64,000 bases of DNA from NCBI GenBank assembly GCA_951406725.2, contig OX597829.1:55552001-55616000 (forward strand). The letters are read 5' to 3'. Positions within the stretch are counted from its first letter, which is position 1, and each line of letters begins with the position of its first letter. Under the pieces are notes generated by a model, which was not told the DNA's origin, made no database searches, and saw nothing but the letters and a program-made list of their open reading frames with translations. The stretch is from Octopus vulgaris (lineage: Eukaryota). Both the position numbers and the translations under genes were made by a program. Shown in pieces: positions 24,451-38,218 of the stretch.

Positions 24451-25258
24451 TGTTTAAACAGAGGTAATATAACAGTAGTATAATGGATACTTTTATCCCT
24501 TAAATGGTTATTTTAACCTCTAACTCAGCTAGACCCCCTTCAGTCATGAATGAGCATGGGATTGCACCTAGAAAATTCCCCTCTGATGTACAAGTCTGGG
24601 CAAGGTTGTTTTCATGGAAGACCAGCAGTCGCCCATGCATATCAACCACTCCTCTCCACAGCACTGACATTATCCAAGGACAAAGCAAAGGGGCCAATAC
24701 AGCTTGGCACCAGTGATGCTGCAACTCATTTATACAGATGAGTAAACTGGAGCAATGTGAAATAAAGTGTCTTGTTCAAGAGCACAACACACAGCCTAAT
24801 CTGGGAATTGATCACATTACTTCATGACCATGATCCCAACATCAAATTAGCTAATGTTTTTGTTTTTTTTTATATATGTTGCTGTGTCCCTTTATGTCCC
24901 CTAACTCAGTGGATTAATGAATGGAAATTAGTGAAATAAATATAAGACTGAAATTAGTGCCAAGGTCAGCAGACTTGACAAAACCTTGAAATCAATGTTG
25001 CAGCATGGCCACTGTCCCAAGACTGACACCTAAAAAAAAGCATAAAATGTGATGAAACAGTTGAAGTATTTCTCTATTTCTGCCCCCACCCATCTCCCCT
25101 GCTCATGCTGCAATCTTTCATCTGTCACAAAGTCATCTCTCTCGATACTAATCCCATTCATTTGAGGTGACCTTAATGCTTGCTGGTGGCCTTACTGCTA
25201 GTAGTACCACTTAAAAATCACCCAGTACACTCTGTTAAGCGGTTGATCATGGCATAGA

Positions 25259-25495
25259 TTTTAAGGCAGCGAGCTGGCAGAATCATTAGCACGTCAGGCA
25301 AAATGCTTAGCGGTATTTTGGCTGCCGTTACGTTGTGAGTTCAAATTCTGCCGAGGTCGACTTTGCCTTTCATCCTTTCGGGGTCGATAAATTAAGTACC
25401 AGTTACGCACTGGGGTCGATATAATCGACTTAATACCTATGTCTGTCCAAGTTTGTCCTCTCTATGTTTAGCCCCTTGTGGGTAATAAAGAAATA
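25259..25495 (+). mobile_element. tRNA-derived SINE, family A (young, with target-site duplication)
   Basis: Near-consensus copy flanked by GGTTGATC(A/C)TGGCATAGA at 25241 and 25496. Confidence 0.88.
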
Positions 25496-26896
25496 GGTTG
25501 ATCCTGGCATAGAAACCACGCCAAAGAAGACGATGTAGCCTGGTGTAATTATCTGACTTGCCAGCTCTATCAAACCATCGAACCCTTGCCAGCATGATAA
25601 ATGGACGTTAGATGATGATGATGTTGAGGATGACAAATGCAGCTAAGAAGCAGCTGATCATCTCTACTTGATGATCAACACTAAGCTCTTGCTTCATGCC
25701 ATCCTACTCAGAACTCTTCAATCCACTTTCTGTTTCTCTTTCCAAAAAGGAATCAACCTGCAAACGTCATGTGAGCTGCTAAAAGTAGATGTTAAAATGG
25801 TCTGACTAACTGTATGGTATTACCATGTCTTTGTTAAAATGGTTTACCCAAATATGTGTGATACTAACATAGCGCCCAGATGACTACTTTGGTTAATTTC
25901 ATGTTACTCTATACACACACACACACACACATGAATATATATCATCATTATCGTCATTTAATGTCTGTTTTCCATGCTGGCAATGGGTTGGATGATTTGA
26001 CCGAGGACTGGCAAACCAGAACGCTGTACCAGGCTCCAATCTGATCTGGCAAGATTTCTACCGCCGGATGCCCTCCCTAATACCAACCACTCTGAGAGTG
26101 TAGAAATATGAATTCACTCCTGTGTTTTACTGGTATTTTACTGACCCTGGAAGGGTGAAAAGCAAAGTTGACTTGGGTGGGATTTGAAATCAGAAAGTAA
26201 TGAATAAGTCCCTATATAAACATTGCCCTCTTACAATTCTAAGTTGTTTATCTGAGTTTTTCTTTTCTGATTATTATCTGGGCATTATCAATGTTATTAT
26301 CAAAATTATTATTGCCATTATCAAAATTATTATTTTTTCATCATTATCAATAGGCAAAATTCATAGCCTCTAAAAGAGGCTATGGATTTTATATATACAT
26401 TATACAAGGTAGATATTGCCACATACAATCTAGTAAAATTTTGTGTGCTAATGGAAAAAGCATGGAATAACAATCACCTGGCTTAGAAATATTTGTGGAC
26501 TTATCAAATGCATGTAATTGTTTGATTAAATTTGAGGTTTTCACTGCAGTTTATGTTGAAGAACAATCAAAATAAAATATCAATCGGCTCTGCGTAAAAT
26601 TTGTTTTGAGTTTTAAGTATATGAGTGTACTCTGTTTGTGTATATGAGTGTACTCTGTTTGTAAGGCAGCTGCTATTCTCTTTGTGTAAAGTTATATATC
26701 AAGTTCTTTTCAAAAATTTGTAAATTGGCATGTAAATATTGGTATTGAAATATATGAGCTTTAATACCTGCTAAGGAATTTAAAAATTTGTAAAACTAAA
26801 GATATTTTATGAAGGATTTTATAAGTTTAAACACAGCAAACACTGATAATATTTTGACTTTAGTTCAATATTGGAAATAATACTTTATCATTTTAG

Positions 26897-27065
26897 ATGT
26901 GAAATCTGAAGGCATTGCCATTGACTGGATATCAAGGAATATGTACTGGACTGATTCTAGGAAAAAGAGCGTGGAAGTAATTAAATTAGATGGTACTCAC
27001 CGCAAAACTCTCTTTAACACAAAAATAAGCAACCCAAGAGGAATTGTTGTGGATCCAATCCGAGG
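26897..27065 (+). CDS. nid: Nidogen exon: G3 YWTD repeat
   Basis: tttag|...|gtgag, phase 1-2; [18 protein letters not shown]...[12 protein letters not shown]. Confidence 0.96.
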
Positions 27066-27217
27066 GTGAGTCTTTTCTGCCTTTTTTTTTCCCTGTTGTT
27101 ATGTAGGTCCCATCGAGCAGACAAACTTATCCCACAGGTTGGAGGCTGAATAACTAATGTGCAGTTCTAAGAATGCCATGCTTCTGTCATGTTAAAGAGC
27201 ACTCTGGACTGTCCAAC

Positions 27218-27409
27218 CAGGGCTGTGGAGTCAAAACAAAAATAACCTTGCCTCTGACTCCAACTACTCTATCATTGACATCTCCAAATCTGACACCCCT
27301 ATGTAATTAAGTAATTGTGGTCTATTTTACTGACTCCGACTTGGACTCCAATTACCCTTTAATTGTTTCTGACTCTGACTCTGACTACATGACTGACTCC
27401 ACAGCCCTG
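27218..27409. mobile_element. hAT-type MITE
   Basis: Terminal inverted repeats CAGGGCTGTGGAGTCA / TGACTCCACAGCCCTG; 8-bp TSD (T/A)GTCCAAC. Confidence 0.82.
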
Positions 27410-29640
27410 AGTCCAACATACAATAGTTACTCGTACAGAGTATAGTATTGCAGGCTGGATATATTGCTCTTCTGTATATCAGTTGTTTGTTGTTTGGGTC
27501 GTGGCTAATCTTACACATTCTGGCTCTCTGCTTGTCATGTTAATTTCATTTCAGGCATAGTGTACCTAAGAGTCTATGGCTCAATATTTCTTTCTTTTTT
27601 CAAGGCAGTAGAAGGTGCATTTCAAGGGGGATTTGGTTGATATTTCTATCAGGCAATTGTTATTCCTGCTCCTTCTAAGAGGAGAAAAAAAACTAGATGT
27701 AAGAGAGGAGAAAGCAGAGTTGGTGGTGCCTGATGAATTGAGAGACTTGTATGACAGGTTTAGTGTTGTTTGTATTGAGAAGAGAAGCTGAGATCAAAGA
27801 AGTGGGAATCAGTAGGTTTGTAGTGGACTCTCATTTTTATGTCAAACTATTCTTCCTCTCAGTACAAATGCACTAAATCTGCCATACAATTCTCTCAATT
27901 CCTCTGAATTCTGACTCTGGAGTATTGATTCCCATTTTGAATCCCAGTGTGAGAGAGTCCTAGATATGCAACACTGCATATCTAGGGCAACATTTTTCAA
28001 CCATATCTATCATTTTTTCTAATTGCTAAGGTGTAATTTAAGTGCTGCTATTTCCAGCAGATGGTATGACTACATGGGCTAGTGTTACTGCATTGTTGTT
28101 ATTTAGCCCCAAATGACTGAGCATTGACCAGAAGTATTCCAGCCATGGCCAATCCTTCAAACATACCTAGGATTACATTATCCGATGTATCCCAGAGGTT
28201 TTTTAGAAAGACAGTAATCTGTGTTTAGGAGATGAATTGGTTGCTATTTCTAGCAGAGATATTGTGCTTAGAATTGTTTCAGTTTTTATCAGGTTAGTTA
28301 TTTCTTTTATGTAATTGTGGTTTAATTTTTTCCTGTTGCCTTGTTGGATGTTGTATCGCATGTTCAACGTACGGTATAACAAGATAATAATAATGTCCTC
28401 GCAAATTGTTCTACTCAATATACTGGTCATAACCCTCGATAATATGCAACTCTCGGCTTTACTCTGCTGAAGGCTCTCTGCATATGTCCATTTATAATTG
28501 TGGCACAGTCCATTAGGAGCCAACCAATAGGGGTGTTCTACTTCCACACAACAGATGTATATTCAGGACTTATCTTGTATTATATTATTAAAAAATCCAA
28601 GACTTGAATCTGTTCTCTGCTCATCCACTCTTTTGGAGTTTGGGAAAATATTCTTGCTTTGCTTAGTGATATGCATGTGTTGTTATGATGATGATGTGTA
28701 TGTGGCCTGAGAAAAGTAGGGGATTGTTTGCCATGTGATTTTGATAGATTTGTGAGCAGAACAGGAATTAATGATTAGGAATAAGGTGTAGTTAGTTTGG
28801 TGAAATATGTGGATGTGTTGGTATGCATTATTAAGGATAGAAAGGGAGGAACTAAGTTGCGATTTATTGCATCACCTCTTGTCTGTTTCCTGTTTTCTTG
28901 TTTTTTTTTTGGCATATTTGGATGGTGTTTGGAAAGGTGTTATTTTTTTGCAACTGGAGTTTGTAAGCTGATGGAAAAATTGATGGGGGTAGGGGTACCT
29001 AATTATCGTATTGATGTATTTTTATGTTGCTAGTTTTCATTTTGCCTGTAGTGTCCTATGAATAATTGAGTGTTGTTTGTGGTATGTGTGCACTGGATGT
29101 GTGATTTCATATGTTATGAGGCCACCACTAGTTTGGTCTATCCTGCTTTGTGTTCACTGTGAGACCGTCTCAGATTACTCTGTCAAATGTTGTACTTATT
29201 TAATCATATACTCTCTTGTAGCTTTGTGAAGTCGATGATGTGATTATTTTATTTTTAGAATGACATTGTAAGGTAAGCATGAGAGACCAGATCTGGCCAG
29301 TATGAACATGAAGCAGGAGGAATATTTTGGTTGGTTATGGCCAGTTTAAGTGCTAAAGGGTTAAAGGTGTTTTATGGGCCATTTGTGTTGTACTGAATTG
29401 TGTTAAAAATGTTCATACTGTGTTAGTAAATATCACTTCAGTGTGTTAGAGGATGTCCTTCTGTGTGGATTAGACATTGAAAAGTAAACCCACAATGGAA
29501 TATATATAAACATAATAGGGTAAAGGAGTAGGAGATGTATTTTTATGTTGTTTTGGTGGAGTGTGTGTTTTGAATGTTTTTTGAATTATAGAAGAATGAA
29601 TGTAGTGCTTTGTCTAAATTAATGATCATGGTAGGTCACT

Positions 29641-30180
29641 TCATCATCATCATCGTTTAACGTCTGCTTTCCATGCTGGCATGGGTTGGACGGTTCGACT
29701 GGGGTCTGGGAAACCAGAAGGCTGCACCAGGCACCAGTCTGATCTGGCAGTGTTTCTACAGCTGGATGCCCTTCCTAATGCCAACCACTCCGAGAGTGTA
29801 GTGGGCACTTTTTACATGCCACCAACATGGGAGCCAGTCAGGTGGCACTGGTATTGGCCATATTCAGACAGTATTTTTTACGTGCTACAGGCACAAGAGC
29901 CAGTTGGGGCGGGGTTGGCTGACATCGACCACATTCAGATGGTGCTTTTTATGTGCCACTAGCACAGGGAACCAGTCAGGCGGCACTGGCATCGACCCAC
30001 GCATGAATGGTGTTAATTGTGTGCCACCAGCACAGGAGTCAGTCAGGCAGCAATGGTATTGGCCACAATTACAATTTCCACTTGATTTTGATTTTACTTG
30101 ACTCAATAGGTCCCCTCAAGCACAGAAAGTTGCCCGACGATTCAAAGGTACTTTTTAAATGGGTTGCTTATGTGGAACTT
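29641..30180 (-). mobile_element. Non-autonomous retroelement, (ATG)n-tail family
   Basis: (CAT)n-CGTTTAACGTC..CCATGCTGGCATGGGTTGGAC with internal tandem units; related to 19020 and 49456. Confidence 0.7.
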
Positions 30181-31779
30181 CAGTAATTATGGTTGTTATT
30201 GAATATTGGAAACCTTGATTTTTATATTTTGACAGTCCACCAGTTGCTCTATGTTTTGTAAAAGTATTTGTTCTTTATTCATTGCTGTATATATTGCATT
30301 GACAACAGGTGTGAGGTCAGAGAAAACTGTGGATTGTTTGATGTATGGCTCTAATGACATGAGTAGAGAAATTACAAGCTTCCATAGATCATTGTTAATT
30401 TTAAAACGACCATAAACCATTTACATCATGTGACCATATCAGTGCTTCCATCTCGTTAACATACATTAAAGGATGGTGCCTTTAATGCTCAAGTACTATT
30501 TGAACTTCCTTTGTCTTCAGTCTTTTATGTTAGTTAATGTCACTCACTTAATGGCTCGTCAATATAATCATCATCATTATCATGGACAGCATTTTCACCT
30601 GCATATTTTCCATGCTGGCATGACTTGGATAACTTTGTCATTTATCATCTCATCTGTGGGAGCCAGCACACTGAAATTTGACCTCACAGCTACTCGTAAC
30701 TTGCTTGGTCTTCTTCTATCACACACACACACACACACACACACATAAACACACAAAATTATTTAATTTCTCTTTCCTGATTTCTTCCTGTTTTTCTTCT
30801 CTTCTTCCTGTTCCTCTCATCTTACCTTTTCCAGGTAGGTTTACAGTTTCATATTTGCTTGCTGTCCGTGTTGTTGTTTTGACCCATATTATCAATTGCT
30901 GAGCACATGTACGATAAAAAGTGTTCCAGGTGTGACCATCCAGTCTATTTTTATATATCTAAGGCCACTTTGTTTAATGTATCCCCTCATTTTTTTAAAG
31001 ACAGAAGGGTGTGATTCAAGAAAATCTTGGTTCCTGATCATTATATGTCAAATAACTATAAAAAGGCTTCCTTGTTGACTCAGCTTACTGCATTATATAA
31101 AATTAGAGAAAAGTTGCAATTTTTTTAAAACATCATCATCATCATCATCATATTTTTGTCACCACCATTTTTGTCATCATCATCATCATCATTACATTCA
31201 CTTTCCTTGCTTTATGTGATGACTGCACGAATTGTTTTCATCAAAGCCTAGACTTCACAACAGTGTCATACTATAGAACCATTTGTGCCACTTTGGTTTT
31301 GCTTGGAAGGAAACAGATTTCTTATATGTGGAACCAAATATTTTACACTCTTTCCACTAGCTTATATCACTTGTGTGTGTCTACCATGTGACAATACTTG
31401 TACGAGTGTAGGAGGAGAATGGATTACTCCTTTTACAAGAGTAGTTTGGCAATAAATGAATAAACATATTTTGTAGGACTTTGTCATCAAAATTTTGTTT
31501 TACAACTCACTGAAACTTGTACACTGACAAAACTAGGTCCTAAGGTGAAATTAGTGTAACAGCAAAGTCCTTCAGAATTACCGCAGGCAGTATTCTGTTA
31601 CATCTGCCTGGGTGGCTGTGATGCTTATGGCCATTAGCTGTGATTAATTGCTTGTGCCTAACGGTGCAAATACAGTAAAATTTAGAAATAAAAGTTGTGA
31701 AGAATCTTAGCTTTATAGAACCATCTGGATTCAATAAAGGGGTGAGAAAACTGCTCAAAATATAGGAGAGCTATGTTTG

Positions 31780-32085
31780 TTGCTGTTGTTGTAGTTGCTT
31801 GTTCCTCCTTGAGCCATGCCCAGCTCATAAGGGCTGGGTTCCTGGTTTCATTGGTGTATAGGATGGGACGCTGGTCTGTCACAAGTGAGCTGCTAGATGC
31901 AGGAGGAAAGAATGAGAGAAAGTAGTGGCAAAAGAGTCAGAACAAGTTTGCTATTACCTTCAGCAGGGCTGCGTGGGGCTCAGGTGTTTCGCTCATAAAC
32001 ACACACACACCGCCTAGTCTGAGATTCGAACCTGCGATCCCTCAATTGCAAGTCCGCTGCCCTAACAACTAGGCCATGTGCCTCT
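31780..32085 (-). mobile_element. tRNA-derived SINE (separate family)
   Basis: Minus strand GGCACATGGCCTAGTTGTTAGGGCAGCGGAC...GGTTCGAATCTC head; (CAA)n-like tail. Confidence 0.7.
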
Positions 32086-32784
32086 AATTAAGAGCACTAA
32101 AATTATTTAAATCCTCAGTGACCCTCTCATTTGTGACCCTACCAACGAACCCCAGATTTTATCTATTGGTTGGAGTGGCATCCTCATTTTTATTGTTGCT
32201 TACACTATGTTTTGGGTATGTACACTCCAATCTTCTTCAAGCGTCTTGTGATTCACCATAGCGCCTGGCTGGGATTGAACTCAGAACCTAGGTGACTACA
32301 CTGCATTAACTCACATCTTTATCCACTATGCTAAAGAATTGTAAAATATTTCAAATATTTCTGAATTTGTCTTCCAATCTTTCTTGATATTTGTTGTTGA
32401 AAACCCATTTACATCTTCATATATTTCGATGTATGACATTAGATGGCAAAATGGCTTATAAAAGTCAGTGTGGTATGTGAAGAATCTCTTTTGCTTGCTG
32501 CAAAACAGAATGTGTCATTTGAGACCAAAGTAGTTGTCAGACCATTTCTGGTGTTACATGGAAAGAATAAGCACAAGAATAACAAAATGGTGTTAATGGT
32601 AATGGCAGCAACAACAATGACAGTAAAAACAATCTTAGTAAAAAATCTTTTAGTTTTTCTCAAGTTCATCATTGCTTATCAATCGCCCACTTCTCTCCCA
32701 ACAGTGTCTTGCCACTCCGTGTGTGTGTGTGTAAGTAAATATAAATAAACTATTATTTATTCTGTGTATATTTTTCTCTTTCAG

Positions 32785-32942
32785 GATTTTGTACTGGGTT
32801 GACTGGATGCATGATAACCCAAGAATTGAAAAAGCTAATATGGATGGCTCTGACAGACAACTATTTGTTCACGACGATCTAAAATTACCAAATGCCATTA
32901 CTTTAGATCTTCCTACCAACCAGTTATGCTGGGGAGATAAAG
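32785..32942 (+). CDS. nid: Nidogen exon: G3 YWTD repeats
   Basis: ttcag|...|gtagg, phase 2-1; LYWVDWMHDNPRIEKANMDGSDRQLFVHDDLKLPNAITLD...QLCWGD resembles nidogen LYWTDWNRDNPKIE..DDLGLPNG..QLCWVD. Confidence 0.96.
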
Positions 32943-33039
32943 GTAGGTTCTTTTAAAATTACATTGTTCATTTTCCTCTGATTGGGTCAACACATGAATT
33001 AATATATGAAGAGATATCAGACGTCAGAGCAGTAAACTG

Positions 33040-33335
33040 GTACACTCCGTTGCTTGCAACAACGAGGGTTCTAGTTGATCCAATCAACTGGAACAGCTTG
33101 CTTGTGAGATAAGCATGCAAGTGGCTGAACACTCTACAGGCACATGTACCCATAACTTTCTCAGGGAGATTCAGTGTGACACAGAGTGTGACAAGGCTGA
33201 CCCCTTTACAAGTGCTATTCATTTTAGTCAGCTGAGTTGACCGGAGCAATGTGAAATAAAGTGTCTTGCTTAAGGATACAATGCACTGCCGAGAATCAAA
33301 CTCGTGACCCTATGATTGCGAGCCAAATGCAATAA
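33040..33335 (-). mobile_element. tRNA-derived SINE, family C
   Basis: Reverse complement of the 41641-41960 family. Confidence 0.75.
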
Positions 33336-33996
33336 TGCAGCTGAGATTCCATAAACGAAAAAATTAAATGAAATTAAATTCAAGTCTAATATTTGAAATT
33401 CCTAAATCTGTTATGAGTCAAGGAACATGCAAGTTTTGCAATGTCAAGAATTTTATCAATTGCCTCCATTGACATAATCATTGTCAGGAAAGGGCTAAAG
33501 TTTTGAAAATCAGTCAATTTTTTTTCATGTCTCTTGACTGAAACTATACAAGACAAACCATATAAATGCTAATTTGTTAAATAGCAGCTGTTATTCAATG
33601 AAGTCAGCATATTTCATGGAGAATATTTTTTTTTGCTATCAGTATTACTCCATGCCACATTTACACTATTTAGCTGATGCCTTATATAATGGAATTTGTT
33701 GAACGTTCATCATGAAGGTCATTTGTTTAAAGTACCATTGAAGTACCATAGTCACAACTGTGTCTCTGTTTGTTTATATATTTATTTATTCATTGTGTGC
33801 CAAAATGTATTGCATCTATTTGTAAACTCTTAATTGTTTATTGATCTGTTCTTTCAAATTTTAACCATTCAAATATCCCTGATAATACAAGAGTGATCAT
33901 TAAACATTTTTATTGAGATGCACAACTACAAAATATAAAATCAAAATCTTTCATTCTACTTCATTAGAATGTCACATTTGACCTATTTTATTTCAG

Positions 33997-34129
33997 TTTT
34001 ATCCAAAATTGAGTGTGTTCACTTCAATGGTGTTGGAAGACGTGTCTTATACAAAGTCCATGGACATGAGTTTGGAATCTTTGATATGGTATTTTCTGAT
34101 AATAACATCTACTGGACAGATTGGACCAA
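33997..34129 (+). CDS. nid: Nidogen exon: G3 YWTD repeat
   Basis: tttcag|...|gtaag, phase 1-2; VLSKIECVHFNGVGRRVLY...DNNIYWTDWT. Confidence 0.95.
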
Positions 34130-34689
34130 GTAAGTGTTAATATTAATTGGTTTATTGGAACAACTTGTAGCAAATTTTAATATGTATTAATTATTTAAAG
34201 TGGTGAGCTGGCAGAATCGTTAGCACACTGAGCAAAATGCTTATCAGCATTTCATCTGTCTTTATGTTCTGAGTTCAAATTCAGCAGTGGCTGACTTCGT
34301 TTTTCTTCCTTTCGGGGTCAGCAAAATAAGTACCAGTTGGGTACTGGGGGTCAATGTAATTGAATTTCCTCTCCTCTAAAATTGCTGATCCTTGAACCAA
34401 GATTTGAAACCTATATGTACTAGTTATTTGCAGGGTTTTTTTTCTTTCTTTCTTTCTGTTTTTTTTTTTTTTTTGGTAAATGAGAAAATGTAAGCAAATA
34501 ATTTGACAAGTGGTACAATGTTGAAAATTCTTGTATTAATATTTCATGCAACAAATTAAAACACATTATTTATTTCATTCTAGTTTAAACTACCTTTTAA
34601 CTACCAAATATGTAGAATTTATTCTACATCATTTGCCATGCTGGACCACTGAAATCTAAAAGTTTTTTCCATTCTCTCTCTGTTTATTT

Positions 34690-34830
34690 TCTCTTATTCC
34701 TTTCTGTTGAAGAGCGTAGGCTTGAAATGTAAAAGACCTTTCCAGTTTCCTGAGCATCAAACTAATACACTTGCTTGTTCTTCATACACCTGTCTTTGTC
34801 TTTTGTTTTTCTGTAAATTTCAACTATGTA
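34690..34830 (+). mobile_element. Short element with a variant hammerhead-like motif
   Basis: CTTT-CTGTTGA(34704)-A-GAGC-GTAG-GCTT-GAAAT-GTA-AAAG; same family as 59178-59415. Confidence 0.55.
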
Positions 34831-35683
34831 GAATTTACCAAGGTCTAAAAAACTTACGAGTCAATAACATTCTTCCAAGAACAAAAAGTTAGATGTGATC
34901 TCTGGGAAGCATCATTAATGTATTTTGAGTGACATATTTTTACAATATTCTGCTGTCAGAATTTTGGGTGCACTCAACATTAATTCTTTTACAGGAATGA
35001 CATAAAACAAAATGTGATGATGTTTTTGTCTTTCCAAAGTACATTAGGGAAGTAAAACGGTTTCAATTAATGGGGGCACTTCTTGAGCATTACATACTCA
35101 GTGTAGGAATACCTAACCATCAATTTTGGATTTATAACTCTCATATTGACCCAAAGGATTGTAATTTAGATGTAATTAGGTTTACTTTAGTTGTTTTAGT
35201 TGGATTAAAATTGTGCGCCTTGCATGACCTCTGTTAAAGATTTAAACTCCAGATTATTTCAGAGCAATAGATTTATCTATTTAATTCATTTATTCTATGG
35301 AGTGATAAGTAATTTTATTGTTAGACAAAGTTTAACACTTATTCTTCCTGATGACCTGTTCTGTATAGCAACTGACAAACAGAACATGATTACAATTAAC
35401 TGAAGTTAAAGAGATCCAGTAAAAAAACTGCTTATTCTCCTCGGCTATTATAACTCCAAAATTCTTTTAGAGTATGACTAGACATATCGATAAAGTGTTA
35501 ATGCTTATGGTATGCAAATTAGTAGCTCTAATTTTTCTGTAGTTACAGTATTTGTTTCTCTGGGATTGGTCAAATTGATGCTTGTGGTGAGAATCTTGTA
35601 AGATTCAAAAATCAATTCAGATCATTCATCATATTTTCCAATCTATGGAGAAACTGTTAAATTAGCCTTGTTTATATATGGTT

Positions 35684-35724
<41 letters not shown>

Positions 35725-36990
35725 CATATATCAGTACAGAATTAAGTAATCTATATGTTCATATATGTTATACAACTTATTTAACAATACATGCAAATAC
35801 TTGGGGATACTATTAAAAAAATTCATTTATAATTCCAGTTATTAAATAAATTGGAAAAATTGATTTAAAAAATTGCTTTTAGTTCTTTAAATAATGAAAT
35901 GTTGGGACATTATTAGTATTAAAACATAATTATATTAAGTTTTAAAAACTTGTTAAACACTGACTGTATACATAAAGTGATATATTAAAATAGCACAATT
36001 GTGTTTGACTTTTGCTATGTGATCATCAGGAATATTTTGAAGTTCTGAAATTGAAATCACATGGAAGTGATACGATGCCTTTGTTAAGTTTAATGGTTAA
36101 AAAAAAAATATGACATTTACATGACAAAAACTGTTTGCATATATATTGAAAAATCTGTTACTCATAAAGGCAGTCGTAACCGTTGTTCCAAAAGCAGTGT
36201 GACATTATTTATGGAAATTGACTATTCAAACAGATTCTTAATGGCTTCGTCATCTTTGAAATGTTGTGACGTCTATGCAGAAACAATTTGTTTTTGACTT
36301 GTTGTAACTCAAAGGAATATTTTCACACCATTTAATGCGATGAACAATATTCTCTTTTATACTCATTCCTGTCTCTCACGTAAAACTATCTTCAAAATAT
36401 GTAAAAACTATTTTTATAGAAAAATGAAACGGAATATTTTGTAGTTGCTTGAAAATGTATTTGCACTGGAGAGTTTACTTTGATGACTTTAAATATTTGA
36501 ATAGTCTGCTCTTTTACCAGTGTATTATCAAAGAGTTTTACTGCGTTTACAGTTTATTGTCTGTCTACAAATTTCAAAATCTCTCAGCCTTCCAAAGTTC
36601 CATTTATGTTTCTTTCAACAAAGCTGGGAAAATATTTAGGTAATTTTTAGGTATTTTTGAAAAAGCAGACTCATAAAACACATTGAAGATGCTTCTCTGC
36701 AACATACTGTCTCTACATTAAGAACACATCATGTACATTCTTACACACATAAATCAAATACTACACACACACACACACACACCATATACTCAAAACTATA
36801 TTTAATCTTAAAGTCTACAAATCTGTAACAGGCAATAATTTCAGGGTCAGCATCCACATTATATTAAAGAAGACAAAAAAAAAAAAACGAAAAATAAAAC
36901 AAGCATTTCTATGAACATAATGTTACTGAGGAAAAAAAAAATGTGTTATCATGGTTGAATTGTGTAATTGATTTCTATAAATTTTCTTAG

Positions 36991-37109
36991 GTCAACTATA
37001 TCTAATATAAAGTGGAATGCCAATAAACCAAGTGAACCTTTAAGTACACCAACCGGAGGTCATGGGAAAATGTATGGCATCACAACTATAACTGATTCCT
37101 GTCCCCGAA
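36991..37109 (+). CDS. nid: Nidogen exon: end of G3
   Basis: cttag|...|gtgag, phase 2-1; ...GGHGKMYGITTITDSCPR resembles nidogen RLYGITTALSQCP. Confidence 0.93.
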
Positions 37110-37304
37110 GTGAGTAATTCTACAAGTTTTATTGACTAATTAATTCTGATGTTTGGTTGATCACATCACATCCACACAAATGCACACACACACATATATA
37201 CAGTCACATTTTAAGGTACTTTATCAAGTACACACATTACAACAGATTCATGTAAGTATGTGCCTGATATATATAGTTGTATGTGTGTGCATATATCAAA
37301 ATCA

Positions 37305-37605
37305 AGCACATACATACATGCATGTATGTGTACATACGTGTATGCATACATACATACATGTATGCATACATACATGTATACATACATACATGCATGTATG
37401 CATACATACATGTATACATACATACATGCATGTATGCATACATACATGCATGCATACATACATGCATGCATGCATGCACACATACATACATACATGTATG
37501 CATGCATACATGAATACATACATACATGCATGTATGCATACATACATGCATGCATACATACATGCATGCATGCACATACATACATCTATACATACATACA
37601 TATAT
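37305..37605. repeat. Compound (CATA/CATG)n microsatellite
   Basis: Directly visible; source of several spurious ORFs. Confidence 0.95.
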
Positions 37606-37978
37606 ACCGAAAAAAGGATGAGAGAGAGAGAAGATGTAATAATATTTAGATATGTAACACAATTGATACATATTGATCTTTTATGCTCTCCTTTCTCTCT
37701 CTCTCTCTATCCACTCACATGCACTCCCTCTACCATATATACATATACACACACACATACACACAGCCTTTTTTTATGGTTAAGTGATAAGAAGAACTAT
37801 TGTACCCACAGTTATACCTGTGATTCTATGATCTTGCTCAGAGCCTTGAAACTGGTGGAAGTAAGAAAGAAAAGAAAGGAAGAAGAGATCACCAAACTAG
37901 AAACCCGACTAAAATATCTGAAACAAAGTGATTCCTCCACAGGCACCCAAAGCCAGATGGTAACATTTACACCAAGTA

Positions 37979-38218
37979 AATGCATAAGGCGGCGAGCTGG
38001 CAGAAATGTTAGCACGCCGGGTGAAATGCTTAGCGGTATTTCGTCTGTCTTTATGTTCTCAGTTCAAATTCCGCCAAGGTCGACTTTGCCTTTCATCCTT
38101 TCGGGGTCGATAAATTAAGTACCGGTTACGCACTGGGGTCGATGTAATCGACTTAATACCTATGTCTGTCCTTGTTTGTCCCCTCTGTGTTTAGCCCCTT
38201 GTGGGTAATAAAGAAATA
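37979..38218 (+). mobile_element. tRNA-derived SINE, family A (young, with target-site duplication)
   Basis: Flanked by GGTAACATTTACACCAAGTA at 37959-37978 and 38219-38238. Confidence 0.9.

Noticed and set aside
28797-29033. KLRFIAS peptide reminiscent of a Penelope RT motif
   Set aside because: No supporting flanking motifs; too degenerate to call
32010-32085. tRNA-like sequences with A/B boxes (also at 20060-20131 and 41641)
   Set aside because: No intact cloverleaf and each continues into a repeat body, so they are SINE heads rather than tRNA genes
37153-38118. 321-aa ORF, the longest in the track
   Set aside because: Made of a CATA/CATG microsatellite and a SINE; low complexity with no domain
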